Shown in pieces: positions 10,693-22,762 of a stretch of 64,000 nucleotides of DNA. Origin of the DNA: Octopus vulgaris (taxonomy: Eukaryota); assembly GCA_951406725.2 (NCBI GenBank), contig OX597814.1, forward strand, positions 139,748,001-139,812,000. Reading direction: 5' to 3'. The notes under the pieces are model-generated. The model made no database searches. It was not told the DNA's origin and worked only from the letters and a program-made list of their open reading frames with translations. The position numbers and the translations under genes were made by a program. Within the stretch, counting starts at the first letter, position 1. Each line of letters begins with the position of its first letter.

Positions 10693-12138
10693 CATCATCA
10701 TCATCATCATCATCGTTTAGCGTCCGTTTTCCATGCTAGCATGGGTTGGACGGTTCTACTGGGGTCTGTGAAGCCAGAAGGCTTCATCAGGCCCAGTCAA
10801 ATCTGGCAGTGTTTCTACGGCTGGATGCCCTTCCTAACGCCAACCACTCCGTGAGTGTAGTGGGTGCTTTTTACGTGCCACCCGCACTGGTGCCAGACAG
10901 AGCTGGCAAACGGCCACGAACGGATGGTGCTTTTTATGTGCCACCGGCACGAGGGCCAGGCGAGGCTGGCAACGGACACGAAACGGGGCGGTGCTGGCAA
11001 CGGTCGCGAAACGGAAAGTTCTCTTACATGCCACCGGCACTGGTAACACATCTGCAATTTCCATTGATCGATTTCCATTGATTCTGATCCTCACTTGCCT
11101 CAATGGGTCTTCACAAGCAGAGTTTCGACATGCCACCGGCACTGGTAGCACATCCGCAATTTCCATTGATTGATTTCGATTCTGATCCTCACTTGCCTCA
11201 ACACGTCTTCACAAGTAGAGTTTTGTGTCCCAAGAAGGGAAGGTATGCATACGTAGGCTGGCTCCATCCCATGTAGAAGGCCACGGGTTATGGACTCACT
11301 TGTCCTGCCGGGTCCTCTCGCGCACAGCACACTTCCAGAGGTCTCGGTCTCTAGTCATTTCCTCAGTGAGACCTAAAGTTCGAAGGTCGTGCTTCACCAC
11401 CTCGTCCCAGGTTTTCCTGGGTCTGCCTCTTCCACAGGTTCCCTCAACCGCTAGGGTGTGGCACTTTTTCACACAACTATCTTCATCCATTCTCGCCACA
11501 TGACCATACCAGCGCAAACGTCTCTCTTGCACACCACAACTGATGCTTCTTAGGTCCAGCTTTTCTCTCAAGGTACTTACACTCTGCCGAGTGTGAGTAC
11601 CGGCATTACACATCCATCGGAGCATACTGGCTTCATTTCTAGCGAGCTTACGCATATCCTCAGCAGTCACGGCCCATGTTTCACTGCCATGTAGCATGGC
11701 TGTTCGTACACACGCATCATACAGTCTGCCTTTCACTCTGTGCGAGAGGCCTTTTGTCACCAGCAGAGGTAAGAGCTCTCTGAACTTTGCCCAAGCTATT
11801 CTTACTCTAGCAGTTACACTTTCAGCACACCCGCCCCCGCTGCTGACTTGGTCACCTAGGTAACGGAAACTATCAACTATTTCTAGTTTTTCTCCCTGGA
11901 AAGTGACGGAAGTTGGTCTCAGAGCATTTTCAGTGTTTATTGTTCCTGAGCATCTGCCACATACAAAAACCATCTTCCTAGTTAGCCTTCCTTTGACATT
12001 GCTGCATCTCTTATGTGTCCATAGCTTACACTTGGTGCATCTTATAGAGTTTCTACCTACACCTTTTCTACAGATCGAGCAGGGCCATCTACCTGAAGGT
12101 GTTTGTGATTTGTCTACCTTCCTACTGATTACGACTTA
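10693..12138 (-). mobile_element. Young 5'-truncated RTE-clade LINE with about 600-bp 3' UTR and (GAT)n tail
   Basis: Uninterrupted ORF end, CpG-rich, (CAT)n at 10693-10713; AATTCTTGGTA at 10682-10692 recurs at 12183-12193 (probable TSD). Confidence 0.93.
11296..12135 (-). CDS. C-terminal about 279 aa of RTE LINE ORF (RT end, PHD-type finger, thumb/C-terminal region); 5'-truncated, not a host gene
   Basis: Frame is open upstream of the track's Met: VVISRKVDKSQTPSGRWPCSICRKGVGRNSIRCTKCKLWTHKRC..FVCGRC..LEIVDSFRYLG..LHGSETW..RRLRWYGHVARM..GRGRPRKTW..DRDLWK. Confidence 0.9.
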   Translation of the reverse strand, partial: VVISRKVDKSQTPSGRWPCSICRKGVGRNSIRCTKCKLWTHKRCSNVKGRLTRKMVFVCGRCSGTINTENALRPTSVTFQGEKLEIVDSFRYLGDQVSSGGGCAESVTARVRIAWAKFRELLPLLVTKGLSHRVKGRLYDACVRTAMLHGSETWAVTAEDMRKLARNEASMLRWMCNAGTHTRQSVSTLREKLDLRSISCGVQERRLRWYGHVARMDEDSCVKKCHTLAVEGTCGRGRPRKTWDEVVKHDLRTLGLTEEMTRDRDLWKCAVRERTRQDK

Positions 12139-12818
12139 GCCTATCTCCTGTTCATTGATTTTAACTCACTGGAACTTTAAAAAATTCTTGGTAAATCATG
12201 AAGTAATGCAGCTTCCCATTTTGCTCCCTTTATAAATCTAAATCTGTTTATGTAAGAAATACTCAGTGTTATTTGTATTGAGTAGGCACTAAGTTGATAC
12301 TTGATATCATTGAGCTGTTGGACCTAGAAATTCAGATGAAAAAAATTAAGCCTCATTTTCTGGAATTTCAATACAGAATCTACATATCAAGTTTTGGTAT
12401 TGGCAATAAATTTAAGCTTTCTTTCTTTGTCATGATATATGCATTTTTCTAACTGTTGTCTTAAAAGGGAAATCTGAAGAAACAGTTTGTGGTTCATTGA
12501 TATTTAGCCAGAATATTTCATAGGAAGTTATTAAATTGATTCTTTGATGTTTGGATTCAGTTGTGAGAGATAATTCTAAGTCCAGAAGATTGCTCCAGAC
12601 TCTGAACACCAGAACATTTAAAGTGTGAGGAGGGTTTATGCGGTACTTGAAAGTCATGTATGAAGAGAGTACATATAGGACTTGAAGGAGCTAAATCTTA
12701 TTCATTGATATCTTTCAACCCGGAACTATAAGGCTACAAAGAGATCTTCTTTAAAAGGGTCAAGTTTGCTGAAGAGTTTATGGGTAGTCTTCATTTTGGA
12801 TAAACAAGTTTACACTAC

Positions 12819-13234
12819 AAATACATTGAAGTGATAATTTGTGTAACACACAAAAAGATAAGTGAAACACAGGCACACAACTAAGTTGGAGGCAAATTAA
12901 CTTTGGCCTTTATAGCATATAAAGAAAACGGTGTTGTAGGATTGTATGCAGCATGTGTACTACATGCGTAGCTTAAATACTGAATACATTGAAGTGATAA
13001 TTTGTTTGTTGATTGACAAGTCTTTAGTACCGAGATGCAGGCACGTGTCATCAGTAATTACTCAGGTAGGCAGTTGGTGACCTTTATGTAGTAAAGCAAA
13101 AAATAAATGAAACACAGGCACGCGACTGAATTGAAGGCAGATTTACTTCTGCCTTTATAGCAGTAAAGAAAACTATTGTAGGATTGTATGCAGCATGTGT
13201 ACTACAGTAGTACTATGCATAGCTTAAATACTGA
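12819..13234. repeat. Diverged tandem duplication, two units, the second about 85 bp longer
   Basis: AATACATTGAAGTGATAATTTGT, TGAAACACAGGCAC, TTGTAGGATTGTATGCAGCATGTGTACTACA and TAGCTTAAATACTGA each occur twice in the same order. Confidence 0.85.
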
Positions 13235-13594
13235 GATTGAAAGGCATGGGGGAATTATGCCTACCTAATCTACAAAAAAATAAAATATTTTGCATTTTAT
13301 GCATAGTAATCAGAGTAACCTTCATAGTTTTATTGAATTATATGCATATTTTGCCATAAAAGGAAAATGTTATTATCGATCTGTTTTATTCAGGGTAGGC
13401 AATACCTACCTTGCCTACCCAGGTGGCACATCCCTGCCGAGATATATTGTAGTGGAATAAAATGTCTCTTATTTTCAAATAGATATGACTTAAACAATGA
13501 CTTCTTTTTTCTACTACTTTGAATTTATCTTTTGATTTTCTAAATTTGCAGGCTACTTTAGTTGACCTTTGAGTATAGCATTGAGAAAGAGCAG

Positions 13595-13990
13595 CATCAT
13601 TATTATCAATTAATATCCATGTTTCATACAGGCATAGGTTGGATGGTTTGTCAGGATTCAATGGATCCCAAGGGCTGCATTGTACTCCAATGTCTTTTAG
13701 GTTTTCTATGACTGAAACACCAACCACTTTACAGTGTGTACTGGGCAATTCTTTTTCGATTCCACAATCACTAATGAGGTTATCATGCAACTTGCAAGGC
13801 GATAAACTTTGAGTGGAGAGGAACAATTATATGCTAGGAGAAAGAGGCGAGAGAGGGGTAAAGTATGAGAGAAAATGATCAGAACAGAAGCAGATTTCTT
13901 GCTGAAGAGGAGCTATATGACTACTCAGAATTTAGAAAAGTGGGTGGTAGAGCTAGAAATTGGCAATGAGGTGTCAGAATGAACCCTTGG
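13595..13990 (-). mobile_element. Old RTE-subfamily 3' UTR
   Basis: Decayed RTE terminus; CAGATTTCTTGCTGAAGAGGAGCTATATGACTACT matches the reverse complement of 39986-40021. Confidence 0.6.
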
Positions 13991-15017
13991 AATTTGCTTT
14001 TGCTGTGCCATGAATTTTCTTTTTGTCCTCTGTTTTCTTTTTCTTTCAAATCTATTCCAGAATTTGTTCTGGTACATGGAACATTCTCCATTAACTTTGC
14101 TGATAATAACATTCACTCTTCCTCTTTTCATATGTCATATCCATTTAGGAAAACACCTTGCACTGACAGCAACTGCAAAGCATGCACAACAAACTCAGAA
14201 ATGACCTGTAAGCTAGAGATGTTGTGTATCACAAGATGCATGGAGAGGTGATGTGAAAGCATCACCACTGTAACTTCCATATTTATATTTTGGCACATAA
14301 ATTTATTTAATGGAATATTAAAAATTCATCACAAGTGAACCCTAAAGACCTGGTCTTTAGCCACAGACAGTAAAAATAAAAAAAATAAAAAACCTGCAAT
14401 AAAAATAGTTGTAATTAAAAAAAATTATGTGCTATTTTAAAAGTGAAAATATTTATTGAAGACTTATATATTTCAAATTGGTGTTAGATTTTCGCAGGAA
14501 GAAAGAGCCCATGGGAATTGTTTATAACAAACAATATATTTTTTTATATACAAATATATGAACATCTTAAAACTATGAGAATTTGAAGGTTAAAAATCTC
14601 AGATTACATGAAATATTATTTTTTAGTATCATGATCACTATCTTCTTGTTTACAATGCTGTCATATTTTCTATAACTGTTGACTGAAGCTAGATAGGATT
14701 ATGTCACTCCTTTTTGTTGAATAGATTATATCCAAATTTTATATTTATAGGCAAAAAACTGTGAGCACTGCCTTTAATATTGATATCTGGCATTGGTACA
14801 TCGCCTCAAATTTTGAAGACTTATATACTCAATTAAATGCCCCCTCCTTCATACTTAATTACATTTCTGGGTATGAATAAATTGGATGGTAGACTTAATC
14901 CACTGCCTGGTTAAACACCTCAACTTAGTTCTTGGGTGACTTTAGTGGAGTCCACTCTGTTGCAAACATTTGGACCAGTTCTTCTGTCTGAAGATACTTT
15001 CATCTTACCAGAAGAGG

Positions 15018-15187
15018 CAGGGCCATCTAACAGCAATATAAGCTCCTAGAAAAAAACAACACCCTGGTGCTTATAGTATTAATTTATTGACAGCAGACCA
15101 CAGCATACATTTACTAACATTAGACCCCTGAACACATACAGCCTCCAGTGTGCCCATGCATTGAGGCACCACAGAAAAGAGGCCCTG
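15018..15187. mobile_element. Decayed MITE with CAGGGCC/GGCCCTG ends
   Basis: 7-bp terminal inverted repeat; internal TATTGACAGCAGACCACAGCAT matches the inverted copy at 38472-38611. Confidence 0.55.
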
Positions 15188-16711
15188 ATAAATGTGATGG
15201 GTGTTGGCCTTTCTGTTCTCACTTAGCCATTAAAGAAATTGGACAAGTTATATAATACAGAACTTGGTGATGGGGATTCAGAGTTGTTTGTTGATTCAAG
15301 ATTATCCATGTTGCAAACATATGGCAAACAATGATTTTCATCTACCATTTCCAGCTGTCAATATAGAATAGCAACCATGGGCATCAAACCTGAATTTCTG
15401 TGACAGTGGCCCCATGTTGAAGAACTGATAATCGAAACAGCAGTGAATAAGGCCGTGGTCAACACAATGACATCATCTAGTAACATTGATTGGATTAGCC
15501 ACCAAGAACATGTCACCATACCATTGCCTATCGTAATAAAAGTTACATAGTTATGTTGCTGTGTGACAGATGTAATCTATTCCGCCAAATATTGGTATTT
15601 GCTACATCCCTCTCCACTTCTCCTATCACATCCTGTATGTTCTACTAGGTTAAGAGTGAGAAGGTCAAAGAGTGTGTTTGTATCTGCTCCTGACTACAAA
15701 GGTACTTGAAATAATTAGTGAATGCATGTTACATGTTATCATGCTATAATTCTTACTCGCAATTGATGGCTGATTGTATTGCACTTGACAGATGTAGATG
15801 GCTGATATTGAAGGTAGTATTATAGTTTCCCCCTGACTGAGTATTTATCCCTTATTTTTCTTTAATATGTTTATAATCCTTTCGGAAGTTATAAGTTTTA
15901 AGATTTTTGTTTCACCAAATAAAATTAGATTGTAAAATTTTTTATGCAGATTCACTTCCTCTGATCAATTTTCATTTGGTAAATGAAAGCGACATAAGGC
16001 AACAATAATACTGTAAGAAATCTAAGAAAAAATAATCTAAAGATAAGAATACTGGAAATATTGCTTGAATCTTCATGCCTTTTTAAGAAGATTATACTGA
16101 AAGTAGAAAAGGAAAATAAAAATGTATTGTAATCTTTATTGTAATGAAATTCTTTTTCTGTTCATTTTCTCAGTTTTAAGATAGTAACAATATTTCCACA
16201 CTATTGTTGCCTATGTTAGAATAGAAATAGGCAATATATTCTATAAAAGGTAAACTGACTGTAGAAGTAACTAGATCAGAGACAAAACTGTTGTTTGATT
16301 GTGGAGTCTGGTGTATCATTGCCTGTAATAAACAGCAATAAACAAGCAATAAAGACATACATTATAAAAGATGCTAGTGCTGATGTTAGTAGAGACAGCT
16401 GTGTAATTTCATACAGTTGGGAAATTTCTATGAATAGATTTTTAAAAATATCTATATATAAAAAAAAGAAAAATATCAAAAATCAAAAATATTTTCATAG
16501 GAATGAATATTTTGACAATTGGTGTGGTAGTTGGATATTAACATTTAGCTGTACTGAAAAGGCATGTTTGATAACAGTTTTTTATATTTTTATTATTAAT
16601 AATGCAGCAAATAATTACTAGCTTCAGATAGTTCAACTGATTTCAGAATTTTATACCATTGACTCTTTTTTTTTTCATATTAATAATTTCATCATTTATT
16701 TTTCATACACA

Positions 16712-16935
16712 TATCATCATCATCATTTAACATCTGTTTTCCATGCTGGCATGGACTGGACAGTTTGACAGGAGCTGCTAAAGCTGGGAGCTGCACCAGG
16801 CTATATTGTCTGCTTTGGTTTGGTTTCTAGAGCTGGATGCCCTTCCTAAGGCCAACCACTTGACAAAATATACTGGGTGCTTTTTTATGTGGCACCAGCA
16901 CTGTCAGGGTCACCCAGTAACTAGCAACACAAAAC
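16712..16935 (-). mobile_element. RTE LINE 3' fragment
   Basis: (CAT)n-TTTAACATCTGTTTTCCATGCTGGCATGG..GGATGCCCTTCCTAAGGCCAACCAC. Confidence 0.8.
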
Positions 16936-17277
16936 CCCCTTATCTAAGAGGAAAGAATAGTAGTGAGAGGGATTATCATCATCAATGTTTTAATGTTCAC
17001 TTTTCTATGCTTGCTTAGGTAGGACTGAGTTCATTAAGACTGATTTTCTATGTCCAGATACATTTACTATCACCAAGTGTGATGCAGTTCCTAACAAGTG
17101 AGATTTCTCCAGGATCACACATCTTAGCAAAAACTTGGGACTGAATAACACTGCTTGTGTGATTGTGAACTCATTTACGTCTATAACATGCTCTCATGAC
17201 AAACATATACAAGCATATACTCACACACAAAAACATGCACAGACAACAGGCTTCTTTTAAGTTTCCATATATATATT

Positions 17278-17622
17278 CAGCTGTGTGGTAGCTTGCTTAC
17301 TGACTACATGGTTCTGATTTCAGTCCCACAGCATGGCACCTTGGGCAAGTGCCCTTAGGCTGACCAAAGCCGTGTGAGTGGACTTGGTAGACAGAAACTG
17401 AAAGAAGCTCATCATGTGTGTGTGTGTGTTTGTGTTTGTCCCTCCAACATCACTTGACAACTGATGTTGGTGTGTTTACATCCCCGTAACTTAGTGAATT
17501 GGCAAAAAAGACCGATACAATAAGTACTAGGCTTACAAAGAATAAGTCCTGGGGTCGATTTGTTTTTACAAAAAGCAGTGCTGTAGCATGGCCGCAGTCA
17601 ATTGACTGGAACAAATAAAGAA
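17278..17622 (+). mobile_element. SINE type A; a second head follows at about 17633-17850
   Basis: Head, (TG)n and tail GCATGGCCGCAGTCAATTGACTGG align with other copies. Confidence 0.85.
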
Positions 17623-18024
17623 ATGAACATGTAGGCAGAGGTATGACTGTGTGGTTAAGAAGTTTGCTTTACAACCACACGGTTTCGGGTTTAATTCCTT
17701 ACTGTGTGGTATTTTGCTCAAATTTTTTCTACTGCTATAGCCTTTGGCCAACCAATGCCTTGGGAGTGGAATTGGTAGACATAAACAATAAAGAAACAAG
17801 TTGTGTAAATACACACACACACGTCTGTGTGTGTGTGTGGGTGTGTGTAAGCATATGTACATAAATATTAATTCAGTGTGTTGTTGTTAGCATTGCTTCA
17901 GTGAAAGAGAGTAACATTGTTTAATTTTTTCCAGTGAACAAATGCTCTGTAGTTCAGTGGACATGTGATGGTGGTGGCAGTAGTAATAGTTGTCGTGGTG
18001 GTAGTAGTAGTAATAGTAATAAAA

Positions 18025-18239
18025 ATTCTTTTCTACTTTAGGCACAATGCCAAAGTGTTTTGGGGAGGGGACCAGTCAATTAGATCGACCCCAGTACACA
18101 TCTGGTACTTAATTTATCGACCCTGAAAGAATGAAAGGCAAAGTCGACCTCAGTGGAATTTGAACTCAGGATGTAAAGACAGACAAAATACTGCTAAGCA
18201 TTTCACCCACTGTGCTAACATTTCTGCCAGCACACCGCC
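18025..18239 (-). mobile_element. SINE type B, full length
   Basis: Minus strand GGCGGTG.GCTGGCAGAA..GTTCAAATTCC..GTCGACTTTGCCTTTCATTCTTTCAGGGTCGATAAATTAAGTACC; Pol III A/B-box-like head. Confidence 0.88.
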
Positions 18240-18475
18240 TTATTAATGGTAAAAATATTATTGTTTTTGTTGTTAGCAGAATCATTACTGCTCTGGACAA
18301 AATGCCAAGCAGCATTTCTTCTGGCACTTTATGTTCTGGGTTCAAATCCTTTCAGGATTCATAAAGTTATGCCTCCATAACTTAGCAGCATGGCAAAGGG
18401 GACTGGCAGAAAAGTACTGGACTTAGAAATAAGTACTGGGAGGTCAATTCAAGGTGATGTCTTACTGTGGCTGTT

Positions 18476-18708
18476 GGCGTGCATGGCTTAGTTATTAGGG
18501 TGTTGCACTCATGATTGTGGTTTCAATTCCTGGACTGGGTGATACATTGTGTTCTTGAGCAAAGCACTTCATTTCACATTGCTCCAGTCCACTCAGCTGG
18601 CAAAAATGAGTAATCCTGTGATGGGACGGTATTCCATCCCGGTGGTGAATTTATATGCCATGGAAAGCAGGAAACTGGCCATTGTGAGCAGGCATGATTC
18701 ATAAAGGT
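18476..18708 (+). mobile_element. SINE type C (tRNA-like head, V-domain-like body)
   Basis: TGGCTTAGTTATTAGG..TTCAATTCC..TGTGTTCTTGAGCAAAGCACTT..GCTCCAGTCCACTCAGCTGG; matches 62920-63163. Confidence 0.8.
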
Positions 18709-19179
18709 AGTATGGCTGCAATCCAATGACTGAAGCAAATAAAAGATTCAAATACATACCATTACATATGCAAATACATTTAAATGGATGTGAATGTGTT
18801 CTGTTTATATTCTTTTTCTACTTATAACGGCAACAACAAAATGAAAAACAAAAGAAAATAATAAAATACCATAGACATTTACATACAAATATACATAATG
18901 AGTCACAATGGCTTTTGTGACATTAAGATGCTGGGCTATTTCTTTATGGCAATGAGTTCATACTTTATTATTATACGACTATAGCTGGCATGTCATGCCC
19001 CTCAGCAAGACATATAAGCTTTATCTTTCTGAGTTAATCTGGTTAATAAATATGTTACACCTGCTTCACAGTTGAGTGGATAACAGTAGGAAGTGCATCC
19101 ACTTATAAAGCATATCGACCGAGTGATATGCATATGTCCAATTTTACAAATCCCATCCCAGTGGACAGAATGGATGGAA

Positions 19180-19522
19180 AAATGGAATATGTGTGGTTGG
19201 ATGTACATGTGTGTTTACATATGTATATATGCTTATTTGTATGTATGTGTTTATGTGTAAATATACACACACGTGCACACACATATAAGCATATATGTAC
19301 ATACATAAGCACACACATACATGCACATACATACACACATGTATGTATGCTTATATGTGTATGTATGTGTTTATGTGTGTCCATAAATGCAAACCTGTAT
19401 AAATGTGTATGTATGTATGCTCATACATATATGCATGCATATATAAATGTGAAGTGTGTGCACTTGTATATGCATTTGTATCTATACATATATGTGCATC
19501 TGTGTGTGTGTGTGAGTGTGCA
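19180..19522. repeat. Compound (TG/TA/CATA) microsatellite
   Basis: Alternating purine-pyrimidine low-complexity tract. Confidence 0.9.
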
Positions 19523-19844
19523 CACAACAGTGGCAGAGTTGGGTTTTTGACAGATGTTAACTGGATTTTGTGTTACTGCTTATCAAAACATTTCACTTTT
19601 AAACGACTCATTATTATCATAATCATCACTATCATCATCATCTTCATCATCATCATGTGACTATAGAAGTAAAAATGTGATGAAAATAAGGTATATAAAA
19701 AATTGAAATTTTAACATTTAAAATATATTAATATATAAATGCATGTGACTGTTGACTAAGGCATTAGTTATAGGCTGGTGGTTGCTGTGGTTAAGTTGTA
19801 AACAGGGCTCTGTTGAAAAGAATTATGTAAGGAAAATTTATAAA

Positions 19845-20245
19845 GGCGCAGGAGTGGCTGTGTGGTAAGCAGCTTGCTTACCAGCCACATGGTTCTGGGT
19901 TCAATCCCACTGCGTGACACCTTGGGCAAGTGTCTTCTACTATAGCCTCGGGCCGACCAAAGCCTTGTGAGTGGATTTGGTAGACGGGAACTGAAAGAAG
20001 CCCGTCGTATATATGTATGTACATATATGTGTGTTTGTGTGTCTGTGTTAGTACCCCCAACATCGCTTGACAACCGATGCTGGTGTGTTTATGTCCCTGT
20101 AACTTAGCGGTTCAGCAAAAGAGACCAATAGAATAAGTACTAGGCTTGCAAAGAATAAGTCCTGGGGGGTCGATTTCCTCGACTAAAGGCAGTGCTCCAG
20201 CATGGCCGCATTCAAATGACTGAAACGAGTAAAGAGTAAGAGTAA
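19845..20245 (+). mobile_element. SINE type A, young full-length reference copy
   Basis: GGCGCAGGAGTGGCTGTGTGGTAAG (A-box-like), GGTTCAATCCC (B-box-like), internal microsatellite, tail CCAGCATGGCCGCA..ATGACTGAAAC then (AAGAGTA)n. Confidence 0.93.
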
Positions 20246-20617
20246 GGAAAAACAAGGTTTTCCTTTCTATTAGAAACAAAGTGAAAGAAAAAAATTGTAG
20301 CAAATGGGAGTGCAAAATAGAAAAATGAATGATACAGTAAATAAGGTGAGGAAGAACAGAGAGAGAAAGAAAGATTTGAAACAGAAGGAGTAAAGACAGA
20401 TGAAGGGAAATAAGGAAGGTGGATGGTAGAGGTGACCTTTGGTGAACTGTTGAACATGTGGCAATTCATTTTGATCTTGGCTGCCCCTTGTGCAAGGCAT
20501 ATGACCCTGATGTTCTGGGCTTTCTGCTAGATTACACTGTAGTTATAGCAATGTGAATATACATACATATTAGTTTGGTCAAGTGGATAAAATATTGGAT
20601 TACCAACTCTGTTTGTT

Positions 20618-20673
<56 letters not shown>

Positions 20674-20896
20674 TGAACATGTAAATTCATAACTGACCTT
20701 TCGGCCAATTATGCTCACACACATATGCACATATTCATATATCCATATATGTGTTTTGTGTGTGTGCTTGTATGTGTATATATATATATATGTGTGTGTT
20801 TGTGTGTATGTATCTATGTATTTATATCACACAGCCATGCCTTTGCCTATGCGTATGTATGCATGCATGCATGTATGTATGTATGTATATATGTAT

Positions 20897-21037
20897 GGCA
20901 TTGTTCAGTTTTATTTCAAGATTTCTTACCAATAGAGAAAGAGCTGGTTTCTAACCTAGATTCAAGGCTCTTTCATTGGAATTTCAACATCAACAACATG
21001 GTATTTTTGTTTGTATGTATGTATGTATGTATGTATG

Positions 21038-21068
<31 letters not shown>

Positions 21069-21303
21069 TGTATGCATGCATGCAGATTTGTATGTTTAGC
21101 TTCATGTATGTATTCTCATGCATATAGTTGCATATCTAGACATGCTCATATATATTTAAATGATAAACTTCTGGAAAGTTTTACAGATTTTTACAGTTCC
21201 TGTGATGGATTGGATCTGTAGTCTTTGAATTAACTTTCTCCTTTCTGGTTTTGAGAAGCCTAATTTCCCAAGACTGGTATTTAGGTAGTGTGTTACATAT
21301 CCT
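20897..21303 (-). mobile_element. R4/Dong-type (RLE) LINE 3' end in (TACA)n microsatellite
   Basis: GYVTHYLNTSLGKLGFSKPERRKLIQRLQIQSITGTVKICKTFQKFII* (stop at 21156) resembles RLE C-termini (GALG..LQxxxxxGTxxIxK); 3' UTR ends AATAAAACTGAA. Confidence 0.7.
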
Positions 21304-21314
21304 GTATGTATGTA

Positions 21315-21355
<41 letters not shown>

Positions 21356-21565
21356 ACGCCATTCAGTTTTATTTCAAGATTCTTTACCAATAGAGAAAGA
21401 GCCGGTTTCTAATTTAGATCCAAGGCTCCTTCATTGAAATTTCAACATCAACAACAGGGTATTTTTTGTATGTGTGTATGTATATGTGCAAATTTCTATG
21501 TTTTGTTTTATGTATGTCTTCTCATGCATATATTTGCATATCTAGACATGTTCATATATACTTAA
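21356..21565 (-). mobile_element. Second copy of the same LINE, 3' UTR only
   Basis: Direct repeat of 20903-21158 with scattered substitutions. Confidence 0.75.
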
Positions 21566-22329
21566 CTCATTTCCTTTGGAGTTTATCATTTATCTAATTA
21601 CAGTTTCTTCAATAACTACAGCTAGAAAGAATCAGTTTACCTGTTGAGCTGTTGTTTTCTTTCTATTCCTCGGTTGTGTGTGTGTGTGTGTGTGTTGTTG
21701 ATGTTGATGTTGATGTATGTGTGTGTGTGTGTGTGTGTGTTTGTGTGTGTGTTTGTTTGTGTATCTGTTGAGGACATCTACAAGTGTGGATTAAGACAAA
21801 AATAGAAGATTGAAGAAGAACAGATCCCATCACTTTAGGTGAACCACAGATTTATTGCTTGTCAGGTGATTGCACTATTGATTGCTAATACATATATGAA
21901 CCATCCTATCTATCTGTCTCACACAAACACAAACACACACACTTTCACTCGCACATATATATATATATATATATAAACATATACACACATACACTAACAT
22001 ATTTATGTATGTAATTTCTCATTGGTTCATACTACTTCTGAATGAGAATAAACAAACAAAAATAATGTAAAGATTTTTTTAAAAATCAGGTTAGTGTTTG
22101 TGCATCTTTTTGCAGTGAACTATTGTCATATTTGAATAAATAAATCTATGAAATAGGTCACTGTATCCTGTGACATCGTCACTGCTCTAAAAATAATGGA
22201 AAAACTAGAAATACAAAGAATGACGAGGAATTAAATAATCTATAGCATAGATTATTTATAACATAGAAATGATGTTCGAGAGATTAGGATTAATATTTGT
22301 TTGGTTTCCTTTCTCTTTCCTTTCTTACT

Positions 22330-22762
22330 AGGGAGCCTTTATAGGGCTGCTCAGTTTGCTAGAAATAGTAGCCAAATCTCCCTCAAATCATCCTACCATC
22401 TTCAAAAATGTAACTCATTTGATATTGTGGTTTGGGGTTCCTTACACATAGGAAGGCGATAGGATGGTCACAGCTGGAGTGCTTTTGATCATATGCCTGC
22501 TTGGTCAAACTGACCTGGAGTTAAACAACTATATCAGCATCTGCTGTTGTAACAAGCTAGTAACAGTTTGCATGTACATGGTTGCTCTACCAGCTACAAA
22601 TAAATTTTATATCTATATCGTATTACATCCTATTATCTTAAAATGGGATGGACAAAAAAAAAACATAGTTCTAGAATCACCAATTAAAGACAGACTGGTC
22701 ATGGCTAGAATGTCTTTGCTTATAGGTTGGCTTAACCATTGCTGACTTGGGGCTAAACAACT
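22330..22762 (+). repeat. Two copies of an unclassified retroposon 3' end
   Basis: GGTCA..GCTGGA.TGC.TTTGATCATA..GACCTGG.G.TAAACAAC twice; related copies near 10215, 29400, 36240 and 53510. Confidence 0.6.

Noticed and set aside
10746-11503. Overlapping plus- and minus-strand ORFs in the RTE 3' UTR and antisense to its ORF
   Set aside because: By-products of GC-rich tandem units and antisense codon bias.
15182-15550. Stop-poor frame in a higher-GC tract
   Set aside because: Three internal stops and no recognisable motif or splice signals.
16295-16621. 108-aa ORF downstream of a polypyrimidine-AG site (16150-16173)
   Set aside because: AT-rich composition, no domain similarity and no matching donor; cannot support an exon.
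19845-19925. tRNA genes at SINE heads
   Set aside because: A/B-box-like motifs are present but there is no complete cloverleaf, and each runs into a repeated SINE body.
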